Source: the human T2T-CHM13v2.0 reference genome, Homo sapiens
DNA length: 64,000 nt
Assembly (NCBI RefSeq): GCF_009914755.1
Contig: NC_060926.1
Strand: one strand, 5' to 3'
The notes beneath the pieces were generated by a model, which saw nothing but the letters and a program-made list of their open reading frames with translations, searched no databases and was not told where the DNA came from. The position numbers and the translations under genes are program-made. Below, piece by piece: positions 1 through 13,370 of this stretch. Every line of letters starts with the position of its first letter. Within the stretch, counting starts at the first letter, position 1.

Positions 1-112
1 TTTTCATAGTCCGTGAGTCTGTAAATATACTAAAAACAAGGAAACTGTATACTTAAAATTGGAAAATTGTATGGTATATGAATTATATTTCAAAATCTGT
101 TAATCAAAAAAG
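1..112 (+). mobile_element. Old L1M (L1MC/ME-type) 3' end fragment
   Basis: 'gtaaatatactaaaaac...tgtatacttaaa...tgtatggtatatgaattatatttcaa' resembles the L1M 3' terminus. Confidence 0.6.
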
Positions 113-1739
113 ATAATCAGAAAACCGCAGGAGAGAAAAAACTCAAGAAGATATTTTTCAAAGGTTGCAACTTTCTGATCTTTGGGGAAAATAGGATAGA
201 TTCTGAAAAGAAGGCCCTAAACAACTTTTCTGAGAGTTTAATTCTAGTGTCTAAGAAACTGGGCAGGTGTTCCTGTTGGAAAATGCCCAGTTCACCAAAT
301 CTGAAATTCAAATATTTAGATGAAGTGTAAATTGCCTGGTAAACAATAATAATGACCCTACAGAACACACAAATTATATAACCAAACCATCTTGGAGGAG
401 AATAGCTGTGACAAAAAAATGCATTCCTGCCTATCCAGCCATTGAGGTCTCCTGGATTAAGACATATTTGTAGGCTATTAAAACCATCCAAACAGAGAGA
501 GAGAGAGAGTTGTTTTATCCTGTCCAGGATCACAAGATTCCAGGGTGGAGAGCCCTCTCCATCAACCCAGGTATTATCTAGATGAGAAGACCAAGGCCCA
601 GCATGAGGAACTCCCTTTGCTGTGGCCCCTATCTCGCAGTAGCAGAGTGAAAACTCAGCCCAGAGCTCTGCCTCCTCACCTCCACATCCTCTTGGCCCAC
701 GCCAGGACTCCTGAAATGAGTGTGTGCCAAGCTCATCTGCAAAGAGTGGATGGACACTCCTGGTTTCTCCAGCATTTGTGTTCAGATTGTGGCCACCTCT
801 GCTGTGCTGCAGGGCAAGTTGGAATGAGGGTAGGTCAGGGATAACCACTCCATAACTTACTATTTGCCAGAGAATATTTCCATCTAAAGATTTCCCTTAA
901 GCAGGACTCTTGTGCATGGGCCTCTCATTTCTGTGGTTGTTCCTTCATTTCTGTTCAGTAAAAACATTTATCCAGGGCTCCAAATTCCCCATCCATCATG
1001 CACTTTTTATCCAAGTGGGAACAGACCAAAGCTCTGAAGTACAGGCTTAGCATGCCCTGCCCTTCACAGGCTGCCGCCTATTTAGCATCATCTAGTTCAG
1101 GGTTTCCACAGACAGCCAGGCATCTGTGAGGACTGAGCAAGTTTGCACTGTGTCTGCCAAGTCACACAGGATTCAAGCAAGAGCCTGCTTGCCAACGTTC
1201 ATCATTCTCCACCTTGGCCCTGGTCAACAACCTGAGCTTCTCCCCAGTTCATGGTTACACATATTAACAAAAACATGTGTTCACAGCAATAGAAATTGAA
1301 AAACATTATCACTGTCATAAACAAAGTGGAAAAGTGAGTCTCCTCTGCTCTTTCAGCCACTCCAAAGCTGCTCATCAACCATCATTTCAGAGTTAAACCG
1401 CTTGGCCCCAGTCATACAGCAATCAGGGAACGAACGGGCAGGTTCTCAGTCTTCTAACTCCAAGCTTGTGACTGACATGTGTGTTTCCTACACCAAAATG
1501 TGGGTCCACGTTGTGCACCTAAAGCAGACCATGAGTCTATCCCCAGCTGGAGTCTTGCTCATGACTGAGTCTTGTTGATTCCAACCTAAGACCTTCCATC
1601 AGCATGGAGATCGGAGGTGCCCAGGATGACAGGAGAGCAGTGAATTTGTGCCTAGGAGGGGGAGGATAAGCAGCCAAAACTCCCTCCATGAAAGCAACAG
1701 CCTCCAGAAAAGAACACTTCTCAGGCCGTGTTGCCACCC

Positions 1740-1885
1740 CAAGTCCATCCTCTTGGGAATATGCCCCCATCCTGCTAGAAATGCCTATGTTGCCAGGATG
1801 TGCTAAGGAGATCTACAGGCTCGATCAACAGCCAGATTTGACATAGGATTTCTAAGTCCCTTTCAGTTCTGGGACTAATATGATT
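1740..1885 (+). mobile_element. L3/CR1 (or MIR3) 3' end fragment
   Basis: 'ggatttctaagtccctttcagttctgggactaatatgatt' resembles the CR1 tail ggtcccttccagctct...ctatgattc. Confidence 0.4.
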
Positions 1886-1989
1886 GCAACGACCATGACA
1901 ATCCCAATTTATGGATTGCTCATATGATAATTTTAAATGAAAATGTTAAACTAGACCAGTTAGCAAAAGTAAAACAACACTTTTTCTAT

Positions 1990-2115
1990 GAATTCAATTC
2001 AACAACAGTTTGTTAAGTACTTGCTCTATCTCTGATTTTGTGCTTTGCCATGAAGATCCAAAATTGAATGAAGACATAGAACCTGACCTTAAAGAGCTCA
2101 CACTCACAGTCTAGC
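1990..2115 (-). mobile_element. L2 3' end fragment
   Basis: 'attcaattcaacaa...aagacatagaacctgaccttaaagagctcac' is the reverse complement of the L2 tail. Confidence 0.6.
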
Positions 2116-2143
2116 AGAAGAAACACAGGCACATATAAGTGTG

Positions 2144-2163
2144 CACACACACACACACACACG
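2144..2163. repeat. (CA)n microsatellite
   Basis: Direct reading. Confidence 0.9.
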
Positions 2164-2639
2164 CAATCAACATGATTGGGTGAGGGTGACTGGATGGAGG
2201 TGCACAGTACTGTGAGCACAGAATGAGAGCCACGTGTGTTGAAAAAGCCTTCAAAAAGAGGTGACATTTGAGCAGAGAGAAAATAAGAAAACGAATTTGG
2301 TCTTTGTACTCTTGCATGGACACTTTAATAACTCTCTGAACCCATGGCTCCTAGCAATGAATTTTTAGAAGTATGGTAAAGACAGCACAGCCATGCTCCA
2401 TGCCCCAGCCTGCTTTTGGGGAGACACAATGCAATTTCTTTCCAGAAGAGAACAGAATAGGAGGTTTTTAAGTCTCCACATGGCCTTTTGAGGCCCAGTA
2501 GATAAAAATGTCTCATCAAATGCATATAATGCCTTCCTACTTACTCAAATAATGTTTTTGGACTTTATAATCCACCTGGAATAATCTTGTTTAAATCAAT
2601 CATCAGTGGTTTCACTGTTGTGACTAGAGCTAGTATCTT

Positions 2640-2920
2640 TTATTTATTAAGTTTTCCAGTTGGTAATTGCTGGCAAATTAAAAATAGTATTGATTTTCTA
2701 TCTTGTGTCTGGACACCTTGCTAAGAACTCTTATTAGTTTTAGTAATTGTTTGGTTCTCTAGTTCTTTGTTTTTCTAGGTCTATGATAATACCAACCACA
2801 AATAATAACAGTTTTCCTTTTCCTTATACCTCTCATTTTTCTTACCAATAGCATTGGCCATCACCTCTAGTATTGTGCTAAGCAATGGTGATGATAGTTG
2901 GATCCTTTGTATTCTTTCAT
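2640..2920 (-). mobile_element. Old L1M ORF2-region fragment
   Basis: 'tattgattttc...accttgctaa...ctcttattagtt...aaataataacagttt...attggcc...cctctagta' matches antisense L1 ORF2. Confidence 0.55.
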
Positions 2921-3039
2921 TTTGTATATGTGTTAGTTTCTAATACTAGTGTTTTCTGCTAGAGTCTGTAGTTTATTGGGAATGACTTTTGGGAACAGCA
3001 CCAGAAGCCTGTATATAGTACATCAGTTTGACATCTCTC

Positions 3040-3455
3040 CCTTGCTCTTTCTGCTTCTTCAAACTGGCTATTTTTCAATTTTTTGAAAGTTTCATTCTTT
3101 TTCCCATCACTAGTCATTTGCACTTTCTTTTCTTACTGTATCAAGCTCTTTCTTTCTTTTTTGGAACTCCTTTTGCATGATTTATTTTTACAAAAACCAT
3201 TCTTTATATGCACCAAACTGCATCCGATCTACTCACTTTAACCTCTCTCAGCACCCTGAACGCCTCAGTTCCAATTAAGTAATAACAATTTAAATAACTT
3301 AAAATTAAATTAACTAATAATAATGGTTTAATGTTTATCTCTTTCACAAGACCATAATTTCCGTAAAAATGGGAGCATGTTTAACTTATTAGCCCATATA
3401 CTTTTAGCAGTGTCATGCACATGATAGATAATAAAAGTTTACTGAATAAGCAAAT
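3040..3455 (+). mobile_element. L2 3' region, degraded
   Basis: Ends 'tagcagtgtcatgcacatgatagataataaaagtttactgaataa', like the L2 tail. Confidence 0.5.
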
Positions 3456-6174
3456 AAGGGAATAGTTTATTACAAATTTTAAAAATCAAAGAATTTATAA
3501 ACCTTAATAATTTTAAAACTTTTGCCAACTTACTTCTTTTTATATGCCATTCTTATATTCAGTGACTTCTCTCAATTTAATTTTTTAATTGTTCAGTTAA
3601 GTTTTGCTATAAACATATGTAAGTGTAACCTGTCCACTTGCCAATGGCAGAGTTGGTGCACTCTACCCCAACTTACATGCACACATACACATGCATCATA
3701 GTTGCTCATCTATTTCCCAAAACCTGTATTTTAAGACATTAAGAGCAGTGCTTTCTTGGCTGAAAGAGTAATGGTTAGTTGTTGACAAATGTTTTCACAG
3801 CAGCTCCCATAGTAGACAGAATGAGCATGGCTGGCCCTTGGTTTCAAGCCTTAAGTAAACATAAACTTCCCCAGATTAGATTGCTGAATTTTTGAACTTT
3901 CTTGTTCTTTTTTGAGGTAGCAATTCCATTCTAAAAAGACTTTGTTTTACATTGTTAAGGCAGACAAATAATTCCTTGAACCTCTCAGTCCCTGGTGGTG
4001 TCTACAATCCTTTCTTGTGCCTCTCTGCACCTTGTTGGTCTTTCTCCTGATGAGCTGGACACACAAGACTGTTAGTTGTGTCTGCCCCTCCAGCCCTGCA
4101 TATGACCTTTATCCTTGATGGTAGCTACCATGGTGGTAGTCCCTGGCTGGAGCTTTCAGCACATTTCATGGGTTCGCTTACTTAAGTCTCCAAGTGACCC
4201 ATTTTGCTATTGAGAAAACAGAAGAAAATCATATCCGGTAACTTGCCTAAGAGCCTGTACTTCTAGTCACTAACCTAAACTGTCTCCCATAGACAGGGCT
4301 CTCTAAAAATCAAATACCTATCCTTTAAAAAATAAAATCAGGTAAATCAAACATCTTCAGGACAGTTTTTAAATAAATTCCATAGAGGAAATACAAACAT
4401 ACTTTAGTACTTTACAAAGCATCTTTCTCTCCTAGACTTTCTCAGGATTTATACATACAGACAGCCTAGCATGCCTTTTTTTGTCCTCTTCTACCAAAAT
4501 AAAAATGTTTAGGCACACAATAAATTGTGGAATGCAAGAAGAAATTTTAGATCTTACTTTCTACTCTTTAGCAACCAGAAATCCTACCTCAAGCCCTCAA
4601 TAAATGAGGAAGCCTGAGACATCCATCAGACAGTAACGTCTGCAGAAAGTTCGTTGCATCAAAGACCCAGATGCAGACTCAGTCCGCTTCTTCCACACTC
4701 ACCCACAACTTATTCCTCATTGACTAAGCCTAAGATCTATAGGTAAATACAGAAAATTATGGTAGCAAACCTGAGCATTTTCTGGTTAACGGATAAGGCT
4801 TTACTTAAGTTGACAAGAAGATTCTAAATTGGTGGATCATTTGTTATATAATTACAATATATGAATCTAAGGAAGATATTATAATTATGACACCAGTTTA
4901 ATAAAATATTAGTTTTTTCCTGGACTCCATGGCCTAATAATAAGAATGTATGAATATCTAACACATTTACTAAAATTCAAACTTATTTTCTTTTACATAC
5001 CCACAAGTAGTTTAAGTTGATGCAAACCCCACTGAAACAATTTATTAAATGTGATGCTTCACCTGATACATGGATCATGAATGAGTTCCTGATTTTTCCT
5101 GCTAAGAACATTAGCCAACATCCAGTTGTTAATTCCAGCATCAGTATATTAAGCCGATAGTCCATAGTCTACACAGCATGAACAATGTCTGTTTAATCTT
5201 TAGCAAGAGTTCAGCCATTATTTATGACTCACATGCGCAAGGGCACGTTGCATAGATTTAAGTAGAGGTCATCTCAGAGACTAAATCAATAGCAAAGTTA
5301 GTCGGCTGAAATTCATTAGGGATGAACAGTATTTGCCTGATTATGCAACATTTCCAAAGTTTTTCTATTTCTGTATCAGATTTCAGCTTTACTGGCTACA
5401 ACTCTTTGTGCACTGCTTTTTTTAAATTAATGAGGCTAATAGGATTTTGATGTTTCAAGCTTTGTACACAAACCTAGCAGGCAAAAATCTTCCGTAAATG
5501 TATTCTAAGCTCTTGGCAAACTTTCCTCAGGAGCAAATATTAACTTGAGATAGTGTTTATTAGCATTTATAAAATAATCACTGTAATAGTGGTATGTAAT
5601 TGGTAGAGATAAGTGCTTTTCTAAGCCAGGAATTAATCACGTTTGCATTCTTTAATAGGACCTGGTCAGAAATAATTTATTTCTTGCACAGTTTACATTT
5701 TAAATAACAATGTGATTTTCCCTGATTTCATGAAGATGCACTTCACCCTGCCTTTGCTGTGAGCACTGGAGCATGGAGAAGTGAATTCTGTATTATATAA
5801 CACAGATAAAGGCTACAAGAGACTCCATAATTTGACTTTTTACCCCGTATCTCCGAGACTGGCCTAAAACTTGCAAATAGAGATTCTTCCAAATTAAACA
5901 GTCATTATGCTTCCATATTTATGAAGCATTTTTTGCTATTTTCCTACATCCTAAGAAGTACATCCTGATGCAAAACACCTGCTCCCCATAAGGCCATCCA
6001 GCCAACTGACTCCAGAAGAGAAGAAATGCTGTCAAGTTATTCAGAAGCACATTTGCAAGCAATGTAGGCTTCAGGAAGAACAAAAAGGCAAACAAACTTT
6101 CCCAATGGGCAATTTCCAGCAAGCAAAGGGAGTGACTCTTTATAGGCAAGAAAGGCCACTGCTGAAGAGTGGGG

Positions 6175-6725
6175 TGAGACTGAAAACACAAACAGGCAAC
6201 GGCCAAAGCGTATACGAAAATAGAATTCCGACTACAACCTGCAGTGGCCAGACCAATAAACCAGCCCCTTCTCTACAGTAAATAGCCCAGGAAGCCAACC
6301 TGTTGGAAGTCAGACTTGCAGGAAGCCAGATAGCTATTTCTAGGAAGAATCCAGGGATCTAAACAATAACTTCTGTAACAACTGGCCCCAAATAGCCAAG
6401 ACTTGATTAAAGAACTGACAGCTTTCCTAATTTTTTTGCCTTCTTCCAACTTAAGACCAACCAGAGAAAGCCAATTACGTGCCCCAGACCAGTCCCATAG
6501 GAGACCCTGCCTCTAGTGGGCCACCTCTGGCTTCTTCCCGCCAACAGCCTCCAATCAGGGCCACCTGAAGCCTCCCTATTCCACCAGGAAGCTTTTCTGC
6601 TCCTCTGCCTGACTTGGATTCTCTGCCAAAATGAAAGGGATGGTGGTTGACTCCCTTGCAAAGAGCAAGCTCAGGATAAATAGCCTTTGCTTCTTCTCAT
6701 TTGTCTTGTCTTCATTTATATCCAG
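6175..6725 (+). mobile_element. ERV1-class solo LTR (MER90/MER110-like)
   Basis: Starts TGAGACTGAAAA; contains 'aagtcagacttgcaggaagccaga', 'ccaacagcctccaatcagggc' and 'gactcccttgc...gcaagctc..gataaatagcctttgc'; subfamily from memory. Confidence 0.65.
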
Positions 6726-8074
6726 AAGTGAAATGCTCTGCCTGGCTCTTTTGTGTCTGGAGAAGCAGAGATGGGTCCAGCGGACCTCAGATATTTTCCC
6801 TCTACCTCTCTTCTCCTCCTCTTTTGCCCTCGGTTGCCCTGCTAAGATCCATCCCACCCCATTGCTCAGAATCCGCTTCTCTGCTGCAATTGTCCCAAAC
6901 AGAAAAGGTCCGATCAGTTTGGCTAATCACTAGCTGGAGAGGTGTGTTCCTCTGTGAGCAAACTTTGAGGCAGACATAGACCCCTGTTCCAATGACATAA
7001 CCGTGATGTTGAGATTCATTTTTCTTAGAGCACATGGCTGCTTTTCTGAGAGATGGTTTATAGAGGTCAGAAAAAGCATAGACAAAAAGCATAAAGTAAA
7101 ACTTCCATGCCCACAGAAACAAGACATAACAAACAAAATAAAACTGCCCATAAACTTTAAAAAAAAAGTGTTTAACTGCCACGGTGTGAAATCCAGAATC
7201 ACATGAATTAATACATAAATTGTGTTCTATTTGTTTTGTGAAGGTGTGGAATTGTCCATTTTTCAAGATGGAAATATTGTGCAAATGCAAATGTTGAACT
7301 TCTTGATAAATCTCTGCTGATAAAGAAATGTGATCTGTGTGTAATCATGCTACCTCTACTAGGAGAGCATTTGGTTGGCTCACCTGCCTGTGGGAACTTC
7401 TTAATTCACACTGACGTGTCACAGTTTCGCAAAACTTTGCTCTCAGAGTGCTCACCCTTGTTGATATTTTGATATCTCAGACATGGTCCACTGTAGTGTC
7501 TTTCTTAGGATCTGCAATTATTTAAAGCAATGTCCAAATAAGAATCGCTCCTTGGCAATAGTTTTCACTCCTTGGCAATATGTCACTGGCTACATCTGCC
7601 CAAAATCTTCATTTCTCCTTCCATCCTTTCCTCCTATTCTCTTCTTTTTCCTTCCTCCTTTTCCCTCTCTTTCTCTCCCCCATGAGGATTGCTTTTTTTC
7701 ATCTGATTTAAAATTTCTAAAATAAACAGAACAGGAATCAGCACTTCCCCAGAACCAAAACTATCATATTTCAGCACACCTTGATACATATCATCTGTCA
7801 TGCACCCTGGCACCTACATTCCAATGCTGTTCAACCTTCGGGGGGCAGAAAAACCAGATGCCACCTGGAGATTGCCAATCCAAAAGCCTTGGCTGGTCTT
7901 CTTTCTTCTACCCTTTGAACTGCATAGAGCCACTGGATAATATTTCTTGATCCCTCATCTGGAAGATTTGTGTTTTGAAGAGATGTAAGATTTGTGGGTT
8001 GACAAGATGATCTTTTAGCTTCAAGCTCCAACTCAGGGCTTAAAAGGAAACACAAGCTGGTAGGAAAATACATT

Positions 8075-8205
8075 GAGGGACTATATAACTTATTGTCTTA
8101 AGCCAGGACATTTTTGAGAGTGACAGGCGGTGCTATGATAATTTCAGTGGGATCATAAAAATGAACCTGGACATCCTGGGCAGACCAGAATATACTGTCA
8201 CCTTG
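8075..8205. mobile_element. MER94-like hAT-Blackjack MITE
   Basis: 'ccaggacatttttgagagtga...cctgggcagaccag...gtcacc' with degraded tagggtgacc TIRs. Confidence 0.6.
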
Positions 8206-9033
8206 TCTGTGGGGTACGACAAAACGGCATCAGGTGCTTAAAAGTAAGGTCTGCACACATCACCCCAAGCAAGTTCCTCCGTCACAGAGAGACTATCCCC
8301 ACTGTGAACATATTTTTATGCATGGAAAGGAAAGTTATTTATATATTTCATGGTGTGAATGGTCCATATTTTAAAAGCAATGCCTTATATTTACAATGAC
8401 ATGTAAGTTGAAAAACCTGTCTATATTAGCTTTCCTTTACATTGACTTCATAATACTCAAACTGCTACTTCTTTGAGGAAATGTAATGATATTACCAAAA
8501 TCACATTACTAATTATTTCACCTCTCATGTTCTTCCTTTGCAAAGGCATAGGACGTACTACATCCAGAAAGGATAGTCGAAACAAATAAGATCTCACAGA
8601 GAAGCCACCCAGCACAGCATCTGGATGTGTGAGGAACTCAAAGACTGTTTGTTTCCCCCTCTTCATTTTTTACAAATACCTTATATGTAATATCCAAACT
8701 ACCAGGTATAATTCCTATCAGAAGGAAAGAGCCTTAAAAATCATTAACGTGTCATGTTTATGCTTTCCTTTCTAGCAATTATACTTAGTATTAACTATTT
8801 TGTTGAGAATAAGTTAAAATTAGCATACACTACTTCTGACTGCTAGTAGTATATGAATACATTGAAATTAGCATATACTACTTAGTGTTAAGTGCTGAGG
8901 TGCTTGAATTTCCCACATAGGATGACATTTCCATGAACAAAATGGAGGCTAGCAAAGTCCCTACTGCCATGAAGGATTTCATTGTCAAAGCTAGAAATAT
9001 ACTGTGAAGAAGTCAGAAAAGACCATGTCCCAG

Positions 9034-9655
9034 TGTCAGAGGCTTTTAAACCAGAGCCACTCCATCTTGTTTAGGCGCTAGGTAAAATAAGGCTGAGACC
9101 TACTGGACTGCATTCCCAGGAGGTTAGGCATTCTAAGTGACAGGATGAGATAGGAGATGGACCCAAGATACAGGTCATAGAGACCTGGCTGATAAAACAG
9201 GTTGCAGTAAAGAAGCAGGCCAAACCCACCAAAACCAAGGAGAGTGACCTCTGGTTGTCCTCACTGCTCATTATATGCCAATTATAATCCATTAGCATGC
9301 TAACAGACACTCCCACCAGTGCCATGACAGTTTACAGATGCCATAGCAATGTCAGGAAGTTACCATATATGGTCTAAAAAAGGGAGGAACCCTCAGCTCC
9401 AGGAATTGCCCACCCCTTTCTCAGAAAAAATCAAGAATACTCCATCACTTATTTAGCATATGATCAATAAATAACTATAAGTATTCTTAGGCCAGCAGCT
9501 CAAGCCACTGCTCTACCTGTGGAGTAGCTATTCTTTCATTCCTTTACTTTCTTAATAAACTTGCTTTACTCTATGGACTAGCCTTGAATTCTTTCTTGCG
9601 CGAGATCCAAGAACCCTCTCTTAAGATCTGGATTGGGACTCCTTTTCCGGTAACA
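9034..9655 (+). mobile_element. MER41B solo LTR (ERV1)
   Basis: TGTCAGAGGC...CCGGTAACA termini; 'actccatcttg', 'ggctgagacctact', 'gcgagatccaagaaccctctctt'; retains the tandem-GAS segment (9397-9426) that distinguishes MER41B from MER41A. Confidence 0.88.
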
Positions 9656-11599
9656 ACCGTATGACCAGGACCTTGTCCTTGTCTCTAGTACTCCTGAAAG
9701 AGTAGAGGGGAGAGAAAATAAAGAAAGGAGGAAGAGGAATCAGGGGGAAGACAGGCTGCATGAGGAGGAAGGAAATGTGAGTCTTCTCAGTAACTGCCCC
9801 ATCTGACCCAGGCACACATGCATGCACACACCCAGAAGGGACATAACTGTGTTACTTGGGAGCTGGAATCCTGGCTGAGCTTCAGCATTGTGTCCCTGTG
9901 GCCTCAGGACATCCCTCCCTACTCCCTCCAATGCATGAAGGACCCAATGCACGAAGATGGAGAGTGTCACCTGCCACCCTCCTGGTTCCTCTACACCTAA
10001 CCACAAGGGCACTGTGAATTACACAGGATTTGGTTTCATACTGTTGTTTTTCTCCACATAAACACAGCCAACTCTGCTGGTAAAAGCTATCTCTGCCTGG
10101 GAGGTGCAGGGCACCTGTGTGTGGAGCAGCTCTTCTTCCTCCTGCCTGAGATCCAGCGTCCTTTCCCTAGGTGTCAGCAGAGTAGAGCTCTTCTCTGAAG
10201 ATGAATATTTATTGTTTCAAAATAGGCCTTCAACAATATGTGGGCCTCAATACTTTTTCCTGTGAGATGTCCCTTCTCAGGACACCTTCAGGACCAACAT
10301 CCTATGTTTCTATATAAACAAACCTTTCTGCTATGGTATGCACTCACATTCATTTTTAGGTAAATGCAGAAATCTATGGAGGGCTTGCTCCAAAGACTGG
10401 TGGAGAATGAGTTGAAATTAGCATATCAATTATTGTTACGTAAATAGGACTCCTAAATAACTTTAAAAGTTTGCTTTGACCAGGCGCTTTACATATTTTT
10501 CTGCAATATTAACTTTGTGGTATAGAAAACTTCTACTAAGCAAACATCAACCTCAATCCAACTTTTCTGTAATGTATTTTTTGAAGCCTCCATCAGAGAC
10601 AGATTTACCAAAAAGCTAAAGTTTTAGGACTTCTGTCCTCCACTGGTTTTTTCCGAGGCCCTTGGGAGGGTATCTCACAATATATTGCTATTGTTGACAG
10701 TTCATATTTCTGTGATTTTGTCTGCAGTCTGTTAAGCCAGCTTGCTCCATCTCTCCACTCCCAGACCCTCCATGTCATATATCCTCTGCCCTCAGGTTCT
10801 CTTGGCATGGTTTGTGCATGCTTGAGTTTTGGATAAAAAGAAGAATAATTGGGGATACACTTAGTTTGGGCTTATTGGGGTATATTTCTGTGAGTAAGTG
10901 CAGGTAAGTTACTGTTTTCTGTCCCAGTGTAGTGAAGCCTTCCAGGAGAATTCCTGCTGCCCAACTCCCATGGTAGGGTGACATGAAAGTCCAGGCCCAG
11001 AGATCCTATGGCAATGTAAATGCATCTTATGACATCTGGTACCAAAAGTATGTGGATCACGGAACAGAAATAACCTTTGACGTGTATATAGAGTCAGAAG
11101 CTAGACTGTGGGAAATTCTTCTAATTATCAGTCATGTAAAATTGCACAGAGAGATCAGTTTCCACCAATGCTTATGGAAAAACAGAAGCTCTCTCCTATA
11201 AGAATATAATCAACAATGCAGCAAATGCAATGATGCATACACCATGCATTTGTTTATGTAAATGCAACAAAAGGAACTTTATCTGAATAGCCATGTGTGC
11301 GAGGCAGCTCTGGAATAAACAGCAAGGAGATCCGTGTATACAGTTGCATTTTTTATGCATCTCAACTATCAATAACTAAAATAAATGTTAATCAACTATG
11401 CTAAAAGAAGATCAAATTATTCTTCTCCTTTCTCTATGAAAATATTACAAACTATTGTTCGGCCCTTCTTCCTTGAGCCTCAGACTCAGCTTCCTTTCCC
11501 TGGCTGTCAGCAGCATGGAGCTCTTTTCTGAAGATAACTATTTGTTATTTCAAAATAGAACTTCAAAAATACTGTTGTCCAATGAAGAGGTGTTTCTTA

Positions 11600-11848
11600 A
11601 GCTACGCAGCCAAAAACATAGGAATGAAAGTATTATAAAGTTATGTCAAGCAGTTATCAAAAGTAATATGCTATTTTTCTAGATTTTTTTGGTATTTGTG
11701 CTACTTTATAACTTTTTAAAATTTGGTTTCTTTTCTCATTCTAAATAAATATTCACTTTCATTTTGTGTCATAATTTTTATTTTTTTCTTAAAGAGAGCC
11801 CCCCAAATTGTATATGCGTCAGTGCACAAAACCTAGCCCCTCCCCTGG
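11600..11848. mobile_element. Probable ancient hAT DNA transposon end
   Basis: 'gagagccccccaaattgtatatgc...cacaaaacctagcccctcccctg' resembles a hAT-Tip100-type terminus; family uncertain. Confidence 0.35.
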
Positions 11849-12454
11849 TCTCCATTATTCCACTCAAGATTCTATACCATCCAAATTTAAAAATAATAAA
11901 TCACAAAATAAAGCTAAATGCAAAATTGTTCAAGAAGTTACTAACTTCTGGCCCAGATTTTGCAGAAACTCATTTTCTAGATGGTGCTGCTATCCCCTTT
12001 AATGTTGGAATTCAGTGAGAGAATTCAAAGAAATGAAATCCTAGTGAAGACCCTTTAGTCGTCACTCTGTAGTGGAGGCATGCAGGGCCTGAGAGCAGAT
12101 GGCTGCCTTCCATCAGACTCATTCAAGAGAGGAGAGTCTGGGGGCTCAGGAGGGTGAGGGTGGGCACCGGGTCTCAGCATGCTCCTGGCAATGCCAGTAC
12201 CCACACTCTGAGCATGGCCGTCACCCTCAGCAGAAACAAAGATGCCTCCTGCTCAACTCCAGTCATCCCTGGGGAAGGCTGTGTTTTGCCTCTAAGTATT
12301 GCTTGATTTCCTCCTGGTATCCCACAGCATGGCCAGGTCGCCCTCCCAGGGGCATTGTCTTCAGCTGGGCCAGGCGGAGGAGCAGAAGGGCTGAGAGGGC
12401 TGAGCCCACACCACACTACTGCCTCCTGCCCTGGTGCTGCTATCCTAAAGACAC

Positions 12455-13370
12455 TGTATTCATTAGTCAGGGTTCCACAGAGAAACAGAACCAATAGAAG
12501 CAGAACCAGATAGATGTATCATAAGGAATTTGCTCATGTGATGCTGAAGGTTGGGAGTTCCCAAGATCTGCAGTTGGCAAGCTGGAGAAGCATGAAACGT
12601 GATGGTTCTAGTCTGAGTCTGAGTCTGAAAGCTTAAGAAAGAGGAAAGCTGAATGCTTTCACAAAATTACATATTTGTGTCCCCCCAGAATTCACATGCT
12701 GAAACCCTAACTCCCAATAGGATGGTATCAGGAGGTGAGGGCTTTGGGACATCATTAGGTTTAGGTGAGTTGATGAAGATAGAGCCCACATGATGGAATT
12801 GGTGTCCTTACAAGAAGAGAAAGAGACTGGAGCTCTCTCTGCCACATGAGGATGCAGTGAGCAGGAGGCTGTCTACAAGCCAAGAAGCAGAGGCCCTCGC
12901 CAGACACTGCATCTGCCAGCACCTTGCGCTTGGACTTTCCAGCCTCCAGAACTGTGAGAAATAAGTGTCTGTTGTTTGAACCTCCCAGTCTATCATATTT
13001 TTTGTTATAGCAGCTCTAACTGACAAAGACACCAGTGGTGTAAGTTTTACTGTGGAAAGCAGCAGGCTGGGGACCCAAAAAGAACCAACATTTCAATTCA
13101 AGTCCAAAGACAAGAAAAGACTGGTGTCCCAGCTCAAGCAGTCAGGCAGGAGGAGTTCTTGTTTACTCAGCCTTTTTGTTCTATTCGGGTCTTCAATTGA
13201 TTGAATGAGGCCCACTCACTTTAGGAAAGTCAAACTTCTTTACTTAATCTAGCAACTTAAATGTTAATGTCATCCAAAACACCCTCACAGACACAGCCAG
13301 AATAATGATTGACCAAATGTCTGGGCAGCCCATGTCTCAGTCAAGATGATACATGAAATTAACCAGTACA
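12455..13370 (-). mobile_element. MLT2B-type LTR (ERVL), interrupted by an MLT1A LTR
   Basis: 'tgtatt..ttagtcagggttccacagagaaacagaaccaatag' to 'atgaaattaaccagtaca'; 5-bp TSD gacac/gacag. Confidence 0.82.
12654..13031 (+). mobile_element. MLT1A/MLT1A0 MaLR LTR nested in MLT2
   Basis: 'tttgtgtccccccagaattcacatgctgaaaccctaactcccaa...cagcctccagaactgtgagaaataa...ttgttatagcagc...aagaca'. Confidence 0.85.

Noticed and set aside
117-848. 243-aa minus-strand ORF, the longest non-L1 ORF
   Set aside because: Non-ATG start, no recognisable domain, crosses a (GA)n tract; consistent with chance
10796-10903. Possible 108-nt plus-strand exon with stacked donors
   Set aside because: Peptide unrecognised and one frame closed; splice-like motifs are common
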